64,000 nt of DNA from an uncultured bacterium (GCA_965371515.1 CBDUYR010000002.1:60151-124150); one strand, 5' to 3'. Positions 8,210-18,459 are shown, counted from the first letter of the stretch. Notes: generated from the letters alone by a model not told the origin. A program made the numbers and translations.

Positions 8210-9307
8210 TCACAACACAGACTTGAGCAGTTCCTCCATCCCCTCTACTTCCAACTTCATATTCAGTCTCAGCAGTCTCGTCCCCTCCGGGAAGAGCGCC
8301 GCTACCTTGCCCCAGTCCTTCTCCGTCGTGACGAAAACGCTCCCCGTCCCGACCTCTTCAATCATTTCCACTATATCCTGTGCGGTATAGGCATGGTGAT
8401 CGTCGAACCTGAACGATACAGCCGGGTCCAGTCCGTACTCTATCGCGGTCCTCTCGAACGATTCCGGCCTGGCGATACCACAGAACAGAGTTATATCCGC
8501 TCCTCCGAGTCCGGCCGCTTCCACCCTCTCGTCACTGCGTCCGGCGAGCGAGGCTGGAAAATGTCTCGCAAAGAAGACAGGCGTATCCTTCACGTACCGG
8601 GCGGCCTTCTTCGGGACTGTCCGGTCGTTCGCTCTTGTGAAGATCACAGCTCCGGCCCTCAATACTGCCGATTCAGGCTCCCTGAGCGTCCCGTACGGCA
8701 GCAGCCTTCCGTCAGCGAAAGGCCTCTCGGCATCGAGGAGAAGGACGTCGAGATCCTTCGGCAGCGAGGTCTTGTGATATGCGTCGTCGAGAATCACATG
8801 GGTCGGACCGACGGCCTCCGAGACAGCCCTGATCCCTCTCCCTCTGTCCCTGTCCACGGCAAGCGGCAGACCGGCCCTGATGTAGAGTACGGCCTCGTCG
8901 CCCAGTTCCCGGGCAGCCTCAGATTCTTCTCCGCCCGGCCACATGACATATCCCGCGGGGAGTCCGGGTCCTCCATCCGCGGCGCAGGGCAGTGCAAGAG
9001 CGCCTCCCTCGCGAGTCGCGCGTCCGCCGTAGCCCCGGGTAACTACAGCGGGCACCATCCCTCTTTCCCTGAGCGCGGATGCGATTGCCAGGACGCACGG
9101 CGTCTTGCCGCCGCCGCCCACCTCGATATTTCCCACTGATATTATCTTCGGTCCTCCTGCAGTCGCGTGTGAAGCCTGTGCCGGAGTCGTACGGACGTAC
9201 AGTCCGTAAAATACGGAAAGGGCAAACCGGAGCGGGCCGAGCAGGGACCATCCGTCCTTTCCCATAAATATCCGCATACGTCTCGTATAGCGTTCAACTA
9301 TCCTCAT
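8210..9307 (-). CDS. lpxK: Tetraacyldisaccharide 4'-kinase
   Basis: ISVGNIEVGGGGKTP, TRGYG, GDEA, ILDDA, LLPYGTLRE, FCGIARP, FDDHH, VTTEKD; start uncertain (9307 or 9337). Confidence 0.93.
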   Translation of the reverse strand: MRIVERYTRRMRIFMGKDGWSLLGPLRFALSVFYGLYVRTTPAQASHATAGGPKIISVGNIEVGGGGKTPCVLAIASALRERGMVPAVVTRGYGGRATREGGALALPCAADGGPGLPAGYVMWPGGEESEAARELGDEAVLYIRAGLPLAVDRDRGRGIRAVSEAVGPTHVILDDAYHKTSLPKDLDVLLLDAERPFADGRLLPYGTLREPESAVLRAGAVIFTRANDRTVPKKAARYVKDTPVFFARHFPASLAGRSDERVEAAGLGGADITLFCGIARPESFERTAIEYGLDPAVSFRFDDHHAYTAQDIVEMIEEVGTGSVFVTTEKDWGKVAALFPEGTRLLRLNMKLEVEGMEELLKSVL

Positions 9308-9977
9308 GCGGCCATACATCCTCGCCGGTATAACCAATATCCCTGTCGAGGCGGGATGTCAGCTCGCCCAGTCTCGTCTCGAGCTCGATCCTGAAGCGCT
9401 CCCTCTCCTCCGCCCCGGTCCCTGCAGGAACGATAAGAGGTTCGCCGTACTCGACTATCACCTTCGCGAACGGAGCGGGGACCTGGAACCTGTCCCATGA
9501 ACGGAAGATCTTTCTCCCGCGCGCCGTATCCGATATAGGCACGACAGCGGACGCTGCAAGGCGGCTGAGTTCTGTCGCCCCCTGCTGCACCCTGCCGCGC
9601 GGTCCCTTCGGGCCGTCAACCGTCAATCCAACATCATAGCCTTCGGCCAGGACTCCCCTGAGCTCCCTCAGCGCCCTGGCTCCGCCTCGCGTCGTCGATC
9701 CCTTGAGATGCCCGAATCCGAGCCATTCGATAGTCTTCCCCATCAGGTCGCCATCGTAGTGTTCGGAAGCGAGTATGCGTATCTTTCTGTTCCTGTGGGT
9801 CCAACTGAGCACAAGGAGCCTCCCGTGCCAGAATGCAAATATCAGCCTCTCTGACATCTTCCGTGCCCTGTCGAGATTCTCGCCGCCCCTTATCTCTATT
9901 CGCCAGGTGACGCCGAGGATCCTGATCAGTACGGAGGCGAAAAAACTCGTTACCTTCACGTTCAGTCTGATCTTCAT
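9294..9977 (-). CDS. DUF374 lysophospholipid acyltransferase-family protein (LpxJ-like)
   Basis: IFAFWHG, S.H.DG, GST..GG, TVDGPKGP, SWDRF..P.PF; lies between lpxB and lpxK. Confidence 0.85.
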   Translation of the reverse strand: MKIRLNVKVTSFFASVLIRILGVTWRIEIRGGENLDRARKMSERLIFAFWHGRLLVLSWTHRNRKIRILASEHYDGDLMGKTIEWLGFGHLKGSTTRGGARALRELRGVLAEGYDVGLTVDGPKGPRGRVQQGATELSRLAASAVVPISDTARGRKIFRSWDRFQVPAPFAKVIVEYGEPLIVPAGTGAEERERFRIELETRLGELTSRLDRDIGYTGEDVWPHEDS

Positions 9978-11110
9978 CGGTGGCCGGACCTTCCCTGGTC
10001 TCCGGCCATCGCCAGAGCTCTCTCCGCGAGATGGTCCATCCCGTTTTCCCGGCGGAGCGAATTTCTCAGCGAGAGGAGCCGTCCCGAGATCTCCCCGTAT
10101 CGCTTCCCGTCTCCCAGGATCAAATCAGCCTCGGCCGCTATCCTGCCGGGAACAACATCAGCCTGGATCAGTTCGGGAACGACAGTTTCTCCAGCGAGCA
10201 CGTTGGGCATTGCTATCCACGGGATAGTCACCATCGTCCTCGCCAGTAGATAAGTCAGTGCCGAGGTCCTGTATATGACGACCATCGGTGTGCCAGACAT
10301 CGCCGTCTGAAGGGTCACGGTACCGGACGACGCGATAACCAGGCCCGCCCCGGCCAGCTCTTCCGTACCTTTCCTCGTGATGGTCATGTACTCTTTCATA
10401 TCTTCCGGAATCGCGAGAAGCCCGTCTTCTATCAGTGGAGCGGCTCCCAGCCGAAACCTCGCCCGCGGCCAGCCGTCGTGGAGCTTGCGAGCCGCCCCGA
10501 GCAACGGCTCGAGATGATTCGTCACTTCCTGCCTTCTGCTGCCCGGAAAGAGCAGAATATCGAACGGCTCGTCCATACCGGGCGCCTGCTTCGTGCCGGA
10601 CGGGGCATCTATCTCCTCGAGCATAGGGTGGCCGGCGAAGAAGACCGGGATCCCTCTCTTCCTGTAGTAATCGACCTCGAACGGAAGGATGACGGCCATC
10701 AGGTCTACGACCTTTTTCATCTTTCTCGTCCTCCATCCCGCCCACGCCCAGACCTGCGGGCTTATAAAATAAAGAACGGGCACACCCCTGCCCTTCGCCT
10801 TCGCGGCGATCCTCAGGTTCATTCCGGGATAGTCGACTGGTATGTATAGATCGATCTCACCGCCTGAGAGCAGATCGCTCAGCTTCCGTTCGAGCCGCCT
10901 TATCTTCGGCAGGCCGGAGACGATCTCCGAGAATCCCATGAAGGCGTAATCCTCGATCGAGAATCTCACGTCGGCGCCCGCCGTGGCCATCGCCTCTCCT
11001 CCCATGGCGATGAATCTCGTGTCGGGTGCCCTGGTCCTTATCGCGGAAATCAGCGCTGCGGCGTGGTGATCGCCGCTCGTCTCACCGCTGGTTATCAGTA
11101 TCGTCTTCAT
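9974..11110 (-). CDS. lpxB: Lipid-A-disaccharide synthase
   Basis: GETSGD, VDYPGMN, SPQVWAW, ILPFE, GHP, FPGSR, SGTVTL, PELIQ. Confidence 0.95.
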   Translation of the reverse strand: MKTILITSGETSGDHHAAALISAIRTRAPDTRFIAMGGEAMATAGADVRFSIEDYAFMGFSEIVSGLPKIRRLERKLSDLLSGGEIDLYIPVDYPGMNLRIAAKAKGRGVPVLYFISPQVWAWAGWRTRKMKKVVDLMAVILPFEVDYYRKRGIPVFFAGHPMLEEIDAPSGTKQAPGMDEPFDILLFPGSRRQEVTNHLEPLLGAARKLHDGWPRARFRLGAAPLIEDGLLAIPEDMKEYMTITRKGTEELAGAGLVIASSGTVTLQTAMSGTPMVVIYRTSALTYLLARTMVTIPWIAMPNVLAGETVVPELIQADVVPGRIAAEADLILGDGKRYGEISGRLLSLRNSLRRENGMDHLAERALAMAGDQGRSGHR

Positions 11111-12084
11111 CCGCCGGGGCGGTCCTTCCTGAGCCGCACGAGGATCATATCGGCGATTTCGAGAGCATTCAGCGCCTGTTTTCCGGTCACTACCGGTTCG
11201 TGCATCCCCTGCGCCGCCTCGATGAACGAATAGATCTCCTTCATGAGAGGCTCACCATCGTCGACCGCGGTATCGATCTGACTGATAAAGGCCATCGGAT
11301 CGGAGGCGAGGTCCTCCACAGGCACATCCGCCGCCTTACCGAACGCTTCGACAGACCGTGCCCTCAGATCAGCCGACACGTAGAGGTTCTCCTCGAAGAG
11401 TCGCATCTTTCTCAACGGCTCGCGCGATACCCTGCTGGCTGTCAGGTTGGCGACGCACCCTCCCCCGAATTCGAGCCGCGCGTTGACTATGTCGGGAGAG
11501 CCGGTAAGCACGCTGGCCCCCGACGCGCGGAGCTCGACAATACGGTCTCCCTCGAGCAGCGACAGGACAAGATCGATATCGTGGATCATAAGGTCGACGA
11601 CTACCGATACATCCGTCCCTCTCGGTGTGAATGTACCGAGCCTGTGGCACTCTATGAACATCGGATTCCGAACGAGGCCTGCTGCGGCCTCGAAAGCTCC
11701 ATTGAACCTCTCTATATGGCCGACCTGCAGCACGAGCCCCGCCTTCGCCGCCGCATCCACCATCTCCCTGCCCTCCGCCGGGCTGGCGGCAAGCGGCTTC
11801 TCGACCAGGACGTGGACTCCTTCGGCGAAGGCTTCAAGCGCGAGCGGATGATGAACGGTGGCCGGCGTGCAGATGCTCACCACGTCGCATTTCCCAAGCA
11901 GCTCTGAGGGACTGCCGCATACCTGCGCCCCCCACTTCTTCGCAATCTCTTTCGCCTTTGAACCGTCTGAATCCTGAAGAAATACCTCGTCGATATCCTT
12001 TGACGATGTATAGATCCTCGCATGGTGATTACCGAGACTTCCGGTACCGATCACTCCGGCCTTTAATCTCCGGGACTCGCCCAT
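11107..12084 (-). CDS. gnnA: Gfo/Idh/MocA oxidoreductase, GnnA-like UDP-GlcNAc 3-dehydrogenase
   Basis: GTGSLG, EKP, VGHIERFN, DLMIHDID, NLTASRVS; position between lpxA and lpxB. Confidence 0.75.
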   Translation of the reverse strand: MGESRRLKAGVIGTGSLGNHHARIYTSSKDIDEVFLQDSDGSKAKEIAKKWGAQVCGSPSELLGKCDVVSICTPATVHHPLALEAFAEGVHVLVEKPLAASPAEGREMVDAAAKAGLVLQVGHIERFNGAFEAAAGLVRNPMFIECHRLGTFTPRGTDVSVVVDLMIHDIDLVLSLLEGDRIVELRASGASVLTGSPDIVNARLEFGGGCVANLTASRVSREPLRKMRLFEENLYVSADLRARSVEAFGKAADVPVEDLASDPMAFISQIDTAVDDGEPLMKEIYSFIEAAQGMHEPVVTGKQALNALEIADMILVRLRKDRPGG

Positions 12085-12115
12085 CGTGCACCCCGCTTTT
12101 CGATGTATGTGGTGA

Positions 12116-12892
12116 TCAGAGAGTTATTCCGCGCTGCGACCCGCGTATGAAATCGAGTAACATGTCGATCTCGGGACTCGCCTCCATCTCGATCTCCATC
12201 CGCTCGATCGCCTGGGATACATTCAGCCCGCTCCGGCAGATCAGCCTGTACGCGGCCTTGATCTGATCGAGCTGGGAATCCTCGAATCCCCTCCGCTTCA
12301 GGCCAACCATGTTCAGGCCCGTGACCTTCGGAGGAGTTCCGGCGACCTTGACGAACGGCAGCACGTCCTTTGCAATACGGCTCCCGCCCCCTGTGAAGGA
12401 GTGGGCGCCGATCCTTACGAACTGGTGAACTGGTACGAGACCCCCTAATATGGCGTATTCGTGCACCGACACGTGCCCGGCGAGATTGACAGCGTTGGCA
12501 AGTACGACGTTGTCACCGATGACACAGTCGTGAGCGACATGGGAATAGGCCATCAGCAGGCACCCGCTTCCGACTACGGTCGAGTCTCCCTCTTCGGTGG
12601 CTGCGTTGACCGTAACGTATTCCCTGATCATATTGTTGTCGCCGATCCTGGTGAAAGTCCTGGCTCCGTGGTACTTCAGGTCCTGCGGCGGGGTACCCAG
12701 CGCGGCCCCGTGAAAGATCGTGTTCCCTGCGCCGAGAGTCGTATGTCCGTCGATCAGGACGTTGCTCCCGACGACCGTCCCGTCCCCTATCTTCACGTTC
12801 GGGCCGATGATCGAGTACGGTCCCACATTGACATTCTCACAGAGCTCCGCCCCCTCATGCACTATTGCCGCTCCGTGTACTTCGATTGACAT
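12116..12892 (-). CDS. lpxA: Acyl-ACP--UDP-N-acetylglucosamine O-acyltransferase
   Basis: Hexapeptide repeats, PQDLKY, IREYVT, HVAHDC, LAGHV, VHQF, GLKRRGF. Confidence 0.96.
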   Translation of the reverse strand: MSIEVHGAAIVHEGAELCENVNVGPYSIIGPNVKIGDGTVVGSNVLIDGHTTLGAGNTIFHGAALGTPPQDLKYHGARTFTRIGDNNMIREYVTVNAATEEGDSTVVGSGCLLMAYSHVAHDCVIGDNVVLANAVNLAGHVSVHEYAILGGLVPVHQFVRIGAHSFTGGGSRIAKDVLPFVKVAGTPPKVTGLNMVGLKRRGFEDSQLDQIKAAYRLICRSGLNVSQAIERMEIEMEASPEIDMLLDFIRGSQRGITL

Positions 12893-12902
12893 CGCTTCCC
12901 CG

Positions 12903-14213
12903 CTATCTCTTCACTATTGTGGACGAAAGATCAGCCTCTGCCACAACGTTGCCGTTGACATATGCCTTGCCCCTCATCTTGCAGAAATTCCTCTTCAGCG
13001 ACAGCATTTCGAGCTCGAACCTCAGCTGATCCCCTGGAAGGACCGGCTTTCGGAACTTCGCCCTGTCGATCTTCGCGAAGTAGACCAGATAATTCTCCGG
13101 ATTTTTAACGCTGGAGAGAAGGAGTATTCCCCCGACCTGCGCCATCGCCTCGATGATGAGGACCGCAGGCATGATCGGGTGTCCGGGGAAGTGCCCGACA
13201 AAGAAGGGCTCATTTATCGTCACGTTCTTGATCCCGACCACACGCTTGTTGTCCTCGAGCTCGATTATCCTGTCAACGAGGAGGAAGGGATACCTGTGGG
13301 GCATTATGTCCATGATCGTGTTTATATCCCAATGCCCGGCGCCGGGTCCCAAGGCGGATCGCTGCTTGTCCTTCATGTCCTGCGCAAGTAGCTTCGCAAA
13401 GGGCAGGTTATAATTGTGTCCCGACCTGATCGCGATGATATGCCCCTCTATCGGAGCACCTGCAAGTGTGAGATCACCTATGATGTCGAGTATCTTGTGC
13501 CTTACGAACTCGTCAGGGAAACGGAGCGGGCCCTCGTTCATGATCCCGTTCTCGTCGACAACGACGGCGTTGTCCAGGCTGCCTCCCTTTATGAGCCCCT
13601 CCTTGCGGAGCATCTCGACATCCGACATCAGGGCGAAGGTCCTGGAAGGGGCGATTTCCGAAGCGAATGTATCGGAATCTATATCGAGGGAAAAGTACTG
13701 CGTGCCGATGAACTCGCTTTCGTACTCGATCGTATAGCTCACCCTGAATCCATCGTATGGCAGGGCCATAAGCTCCACATCGTCCTTGTAATACGAAACC
13801 GGCGTGGTGATCTTGAGGTATTTTACCGGAACGCCCTGGTTCTCTGTTCCGGCGGCCTTTATCGATTCGACAAGTTCAATTACGCTGCCGTCGGCGGGCT
13901 CAGGCGGCTCATCTGCATCGATGTCGATCACGAGGTTGTCGACCTGCATGCCCGATGCGGCGGCGAGGATATGCTCTACCGTGTGGATCTGGGTGCCGTC
14001 CCTCGCCAGCGTAGTATTCCTCTTCACCTCGCCCGGAGCGATATACTCCGCCCTCGCGGGAATTTCGACGACAGGATCGAGATCGATCCGCCTGAATACG
14101 ATCCCTGTCCCGACGGGAGCCGGTTTGAACACGGTATGGACCTTCGCCCCCGTGTGTATGCCGATACCCTGGAATGTAAACTGTTTCTTAATCGTCCTCT
14201 GCTGCCGGACCAC
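12903..14213 (-). CDS. lpxC: Bifunctional LpxC deacetylase / FabZ dehydratase
   Basis: QRTI, GIGIHTG, TVEH, RTF, RHKILD (LpxC), then [31 protein letters not shown] (FabZ); GTG start at 14213. Confidence 0.95.
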   Translation of the reverse strand: MVRQQRTIKKQFTFQGIGIHTGAKVHTVFKPAPVGTGIVFRRIDLDPVVEIPARAEYIAPGEVKRNTTLARDGTQIHTVEHILAAASGMQVDNLVIDIDADEPPEPADGSVIELVESIKAAGTENQGVPVKYLKITTPVSYYKDDVELMALPYDGFRVSYTIEYESEFIGTQYFSLDIDSDTFASEIAPSRTFALMSDVEMLRKEGLIKGGSLDNAVVVDENGIMNEGPLRFPDEFVRHKILDIIGDLTLAGAPIEGHIIAIRSGHNYNLPFAKLLAQDMKDKQRSALGPGAGHWDINTIMDIMPHRYPFLLVDRIIELEDNKRVVGIKNVTINEPFFVGHFPGHPIMPAVLIIEAMAQVGGILLLSSVKNPENYLVYFAKIDRAKFRKPVLPGDQLRFELEMLSLKRNFCKMRGKAYVNGNVVAEADLSSTIVKR

Positions 14214-15249
14214 TTCCCTTTCCTTTCTCCAGAGCATCCACCCTGTTCTGCAGGTTGCGGAATTCTTTGAGGAGATCGGGCAGACGTGCGGTAGCAGCGC
14301 AGATCTTGCGGGCAAACGAATGTTCGCGGGCGGGATATCCCGAAACGCTGGTCCCGGACGGAATGCTCTTGGTGACGCCTCCCTGGGCGCCCACGCTCAC
14401 TCCGTCGCCGATCTTTATATGACCGACAAGCCCTGCCTGTCCCGCCAGGACCACGTTCTTTCCCAGCTCGGTGCTGCCGGAGATCCCTGCCTGGGCTGCA
14501 ATCACCGAGTTTTCGCCGATTACGACGTTATGAGCTATCTGCACGAGGTTATCCAGCTTCGAACCGCGCCCGACAAGTGTTACTCCCATTGTGGCCCTGT
14601 CTATCGTAGTATTGGCGCCGATCTCCACATCTTCCTCGATTCTTACGATCCCGATCTGCGGTATCTTGTGATGTTCCGTCCCGTCGCTTGCGTATCCGAA
14701 TCCGTCGCTGCCTATCACCGCTCCCGAATGGATTATCACCCTGTTCCCGATCTCACACTTCTCCCTGATCGTCACGTGGGGATAGATAAGGCAGTCGTTC
14801 CCGATCTTTACTCCTTCGTTGATGCACGCGAGCGGGAGGATCGTAGTCCGGTCGCCGATGCGGACGTTATCCTCGAGGACAACATACGCCCCGATCGATA
14901 TCTCCTTGCCGAGCTTCACGCTGTCAGGGATTATCGCGGTAGGGTCCACCTCGCGGCTGTACTTCTCGAGCGGGGTCTCGGAGAAGAGCCTCACGACCTT
15001 GAGAAAGGCCAGATAAGGATTTTCAATACTGATGATGGCCCCGTCGAAACTGCCGTTTCCGCCCGCGGCGATCACGGCCGACGCGTTTGTCGACGCGAGA
15101 TACGTCTCGTATTTCGGATTCGCGAGAAATGTGATCTCGCCGGGGACGGCCTCCCTGATGCCGGCGACTCCCCGGATCTCTACAGATCCGTCGCCGACAA
15201 CCTTGCCTCCGACTATCCCGGCGATCTTTTCTATACTGTAATAAGGCAT
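14188..15249 (-). CDS. lpxD: UDP-3-O-acylglucosamine N-acyltransferase
   Basis: [40 protein letters not shown]. Confidence 0.96.
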   Translation of the reverse strand: MPYYSIEKIAGIVGGKVVGDGSVEIRGVAGIREAVPGEITFLANPKYETYLASTNASAVIAAGGNGSFDGAIISIENPYLAFLKVVRLFSETPLEKYSREVDPTAIIPDSVKLGKEISIGAYVVLEDNVRIGDRTTILPLACINEGVKIGNDCLIYPHVTIREKCEIGNRVIIHSGAVIGSDGFGYASDGTEHHKIPQIGIVRIEEDVEIGANTTIDRATMGVTLVGRGSKLDNLVQIAHNVVIGENSVIAAQAGISGSTELGKNVVLAGQAGLVGHIKIGDGVSVGAQGGVTKSIPSGTSVSGYPAREHSFARKICAATARLPDLLKEFRNLQNRVDALEKGKGSGPAAEDD

Positions 15250-15363
15250 CTGCTGTACCGTTCCATTATTGACATTATTCCCTGATTATCAGCAAACATT
15301 ATACGCCGGTACCGGGAAAAGCAACCAATATTATACCGTCAGGGCGATACGACACGACGCAAC

Positions 15364-15900
15364 TTATTGTGTAATCTCCATTTGCGCCTCAAGACGTGCG
15401 ATGATCATGTCGGTGATGTCTATCTCCTTGTCCGCATAGACGATCACACCCTGCGAAGAGTCGAGAACGAGCGTAAATCCCTCTTCTTCGGCTACTATTT
15501 CGATGATGCCGTTGATCTTCTCGACGATAGGCTCGGTAAGTTCCTTGTTCCGCCTGGCAGCCTCGCCGTTCTCCCCGAAGATGTCCTGCATGAACTTCTG
15601 GTATTCCTTCATCCTCTGGTCGAAGATGAGCTTCTTTTCCTCGAGCTTCTCCGCGCTGAGCATGAGGCTCTGGCTCTGGATCTCTTCCCTCATCCGGGCC
15701 AGATCGGCCTCCATCTCCTCGGCCTGCTTTTTCCAGATCTCAACCTCTTTCTTGTAGACCTCCTCGGCCTCGATCGTCTCCTTGAAATTGGCGAATATCT
15801 TGACCGTGTCGATATAACCGATCTTTACTTCCGCCACCGCAGGAACGGCCGCCGCCGTCAGTATGCAGAGCGCCAGGACGATCAGCGTGAGCTTTCTCAT
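15364..15900 (-). CDS. skp: OmpH/Skp periplasmic chaperone
   Basis: Signal peptide, KIGYID, coiled coil, DITD; between bamA and lpxD. Confidence 0.92.
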   Translation of the reverse strand: MRKLTLIVLALCILTAAAVPAVAEVKIGYIDTVKIFANFKETIEAEEVYKKEVEIWKKQAEEMEADLARMREEIQSQSLMLSAEKLEEKKLIFDQRMKEYQKFMQDIFGENGEAARRNKELTEPIVEKINGIIEIVAEEEGFTLVLDSSQGVIVYADKEIDITDMIIARLEAQMEITQ

Positions 15901-15971
15901 ACAGTACCTCCTTCTATCCTGTTTCGGATTTCCTGAAAAATAATGGACTTCTCTCGTGACGTAAACCTTTA

Positions 15972-18218
15972 TTAGAAGAACGTACCAAATGTAAAATGAG
16001 GCTCCCAGGCCGGGCCGCCGAACTTGTCGAACCCGTATCCGTAGTCGAACCCGAGGTTACCCATGCCGGGCATCTCGATCCTGATACCCGCGCCCAGCCC
16101 CCGTCTCATGTTGTAGATGTTCGCCTCTGTCATCGAGTTCCACGTGTTTCCGACATCGTAGAACACGAGTCCCCAGACCATCTGCGAGAAGGGGAAAACG
16201 AGCTCCTGAGTGATCTTGGTCATGAACGTTCCGCCGACGAACGGATTGTTCCCATAAGGCACGATCTCGAAGAAATCGTATCCCCTCATGGCGAACCGCC
16301 TGTTTCCGCCGAGCCGGTACTTCTCGTAATCCTCCACCTTCTGGCCGCCGTAGCCGTGGATGCCCGCCGCGTCCAGGCCGAGATGAAAGGTAACCTTCCA
16401 GAAGAGGCGCTTGAACCAGGAGATCGCCGCGCTGTTCCTTATGAACTGAACGTTGCCTCCGAAGACCCCGCCGGCCAGTTCGGTGTTCCAGGTGATGACC
16501 GAGCCCCTTGTCGGGTGGAAGGGATTGTCGGTCGAGTTTCTCACAATGCTCAGTGTAACAGTGCTTTTATTCAGCGGCCATCCTACCTGCCGCAGCGACC
16601 CGCTCTCCGGGTAAGCCTCGTCGAAATTGGAGAGGTTAACCTTCTCGAACCTGTACCCGAGGAAGAACCTCGTGTAGTCGAGCATCGGGAGCTGGCGCCC
16701 GCCGCGTATCGAGAATCCGGTCCTCGTATCCTTGTAGTACTGCTGGCTGACCCTGTCCTGCACCCAGTCGAACAAGTTGAGCGTCATGGACCATTTCGTG
16801 TCGAAGAAATAAGGCTCGGTGTACCGGAGGTTGAGATTCTTGCGGTACCTGCCGAACTCCCAGTCGAATCCGATCGTTTTCCCACGGCCGAGGAAGTTGT
16901 TCTCCTGCATGCCGAGAAAACCGGTCAGCCTGTTGAGCTGCGAGAACCCGAACCCGGCCCTGAAGCTCCCCGTCTGCTTCTCTTCGACGTCGATCAGGAG
17001 GTTGATGTCGCCCTCGTCCCCGACCGGCTCGGTGTCTATCTTCGGCGGACCGTTAAAATACCCCAGCTGGAATACATCGCGAATGCTGCGCTGAACGTTC
17101 TGCAGGATGAACCTGTCGCCCGGATAGACATCGAGCTCGCGGCGTATGACGTTCTCGAAAGTCTTCGTGTTGCCCGTGATCCTGATCTCGCGTATCGAGG
17201 CGGGCTGGTTCTCGATGATCTCGAGGTCGACGTCGATCATCCTCCGCCGTTTCGTCTGGTTGGGGATGACGCGGCTCCAGATGTAGCCGTTCTCCCAGTA
17301 GACCGAGTTGATGCCCATGTTGGTCATTTCCATGGCATGCATGGAGAAAGGCTCGCCCTCGACAAGCATGATCAGGTTCTCTATCTCATGGTCCAGGACC
17401 TCTTCGTTCCCGCCCCAGCTGATCTCGCCGACGTAGTATCGGTTCCCCTCGTGGATCCTTATGTAGATGTCAACCCGACGGCCATCCTGGACTATCTCGA
17501 TATGATCGACCGACACCGTCACGTCGAGATACCCTTCGTCGCGGTATATGGTGAGGATGTTCTCGATGTCCTCATCTAGAACCTTTGGTTTGTAGTCCCC
17601 TCCCCTGAACCACGAGTCGGCCTTGCTCTCCATCATGCCGAGGAGGTCCTTCGAACTGAACGCTCCGTTGCCGAGGATGTCGATGTGGCGGATCTTGACC
17701 TTCTCGCCCTCGTCGATCCTGTAAGTCACGTAGATCTTGTGTTCTTCCCTCGAAGGGACCCTGTCGACTTCTATCCTCGCCCCGTTGTAACCTTTTTCGG
17801 CATAGAGATCCCTGATGGCGGTGATGTCCCTCGTTATCATCGCCGGACGGGCAAAATACCCCTCGCGGGTGGAGATCTTGGCCCTTATGTCGTTTTCCTT
17901 TATCTTGCGGTTCCCCTCCACTACAACCGCCTTGACCCGCGGGTACTCCTCGACGACGATTGTCAGGACGGCCTTCCCGCCCTCCTCGTAGTAGTACGCC
18001 TGAACGTCGGCGAAATCCTTCGTCCTCACCAGCCGCTTGATCCCCTGGGAGACTTTCTCTGCTACGAATATGTCTCCGGCCTTAACGCCGAGGATCGATT
18101 GGACCTTCGTATCGGTCACGAATACATTGCCCTCGACATCAACCCTGTCGACCTCGATCGAGAGGGCCTGGGAGGAGGCCGTAAGTATGATAAACAATGC
18201 AGTAAAAAGAGTTTTCAT
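15972..18218 (-). CDS. bamA: Outer membrane protein assembly factor BamA
   Basis: Signal peptide, POTRA repeats (GN.KT..VIRRE), NFLGRG, MRGY, FYDVGN, C-terminal Phe. Confidence 0.95.
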   Translation of the reverse strand: MKTLFTALFIILTASSQALSIEVDRVDVEGNVFVTDTKVQSILGVKAGDIFVAEKVSQGIKRLVRTKDFADVQAYYYEEGGKAVLTIVVEEYPRVKAVVVEGNRKIKENDIRAKISTREGYFARPAMITRDITAIRDLYAEKGYNGARIEVDRVPSREEHKIYVTYRIDEGEKVKIRHIDILGNGAFSSKDLLGMMESKADSWFRGGDYKPKVLDEDIENILTIYRDEGYLDVTVSVDHIEIVQDGRRVDIYIRIHEGNRYYVGEISWGGNEEVLDHEIENLIMLVEGEPFSMHAMEMTNMGINSVYWENGYIWSRVIPNQTKRRRMIDVDLEIIENQPASIREIRITGNTKTFENVIRRELDVYPGDRFILQNVQRSIRDVFQLGYFNGPPKIDTEPVGDEGDINLLIDVEEKQTGSFRAGFGFSQLNRLTGFLGMQENNFLGRGKTIGFDWEFGRYRKNLNLRYTEPYFFDTKWSMTLNLFDWVQDRVSQQYYKDTRTGFSIRGGRQLPMLDYTRFFLGYRFEKVNLSNFDEAYPESGSLRQVGWPLNKSTVTLSIVRNSTDNPFHPTRGSVITWNTELAGGVFGGNVQFIRNSAAISWFKRLFWKVTFHLGLDAAGIHGYGGQKVEDYEKYRLGGNRRFAMRGYDFFEIVPYGNNPFVGGTFMTKITQELVFPFSQMVWGLVFYDVGNTWNSMTEANIYNMRRGLGAGIRIEMPGMGNLGFDYGYGFDKFGGPAWEPHFTFGTFF

Positions 18219-18255
18219 CGTTCCTTATCCACTGATCCCCGTCTGAATCCGGTGA

Positions 18256-18284
18256 ATGCTAGCACAGCCCTTCACGGCCTGCAA
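18256..18284 (-). promoter_or_regulatory. Sigma-70-type promoter for bamA
   Basis: Minus strand TTGCAG-N17-TAGCAT with a TG extension. Confidence 0.5.
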
Positions 18285-18397
18285 AGATAAAAGACGAGCC
18301 GGTCAGAAAGCGGGCCGCACTCCCGCCGTGCTCAGGGGCCAGTCAAAGATATGACACCCGGGCCACAGGGGAAAGCCCGTTTCTCCGGCTTTTCGAA

Positions 18398-18424
18398 AGG
18401 CCCCGGGATCCATTCCCGGGGCCT
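18398..18424 (-). terminator. Perfect 11-bp hairpin after clpC (terminator or 5' leader hairpin)
   Basis: aggccccggga-tccat-tcccggggcct; only a short U run follows on the minus strand. Confidence 0.55.
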
Positions 18425-18432
18425 ATAGTTTT

Positions 18433-18459
18433 CTACATTTCATGGAGAATACGGTTCCA
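18433..18459 (-). promoter_or_regulatory. Candidate ECF-sigma promoter TGGAAC-N17-GTAG pointing towards bamA
   Basis: Same elements and spacing as the motif at 46187-46213 upstream of the ECF sigma gene. Confidence 0.5.
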
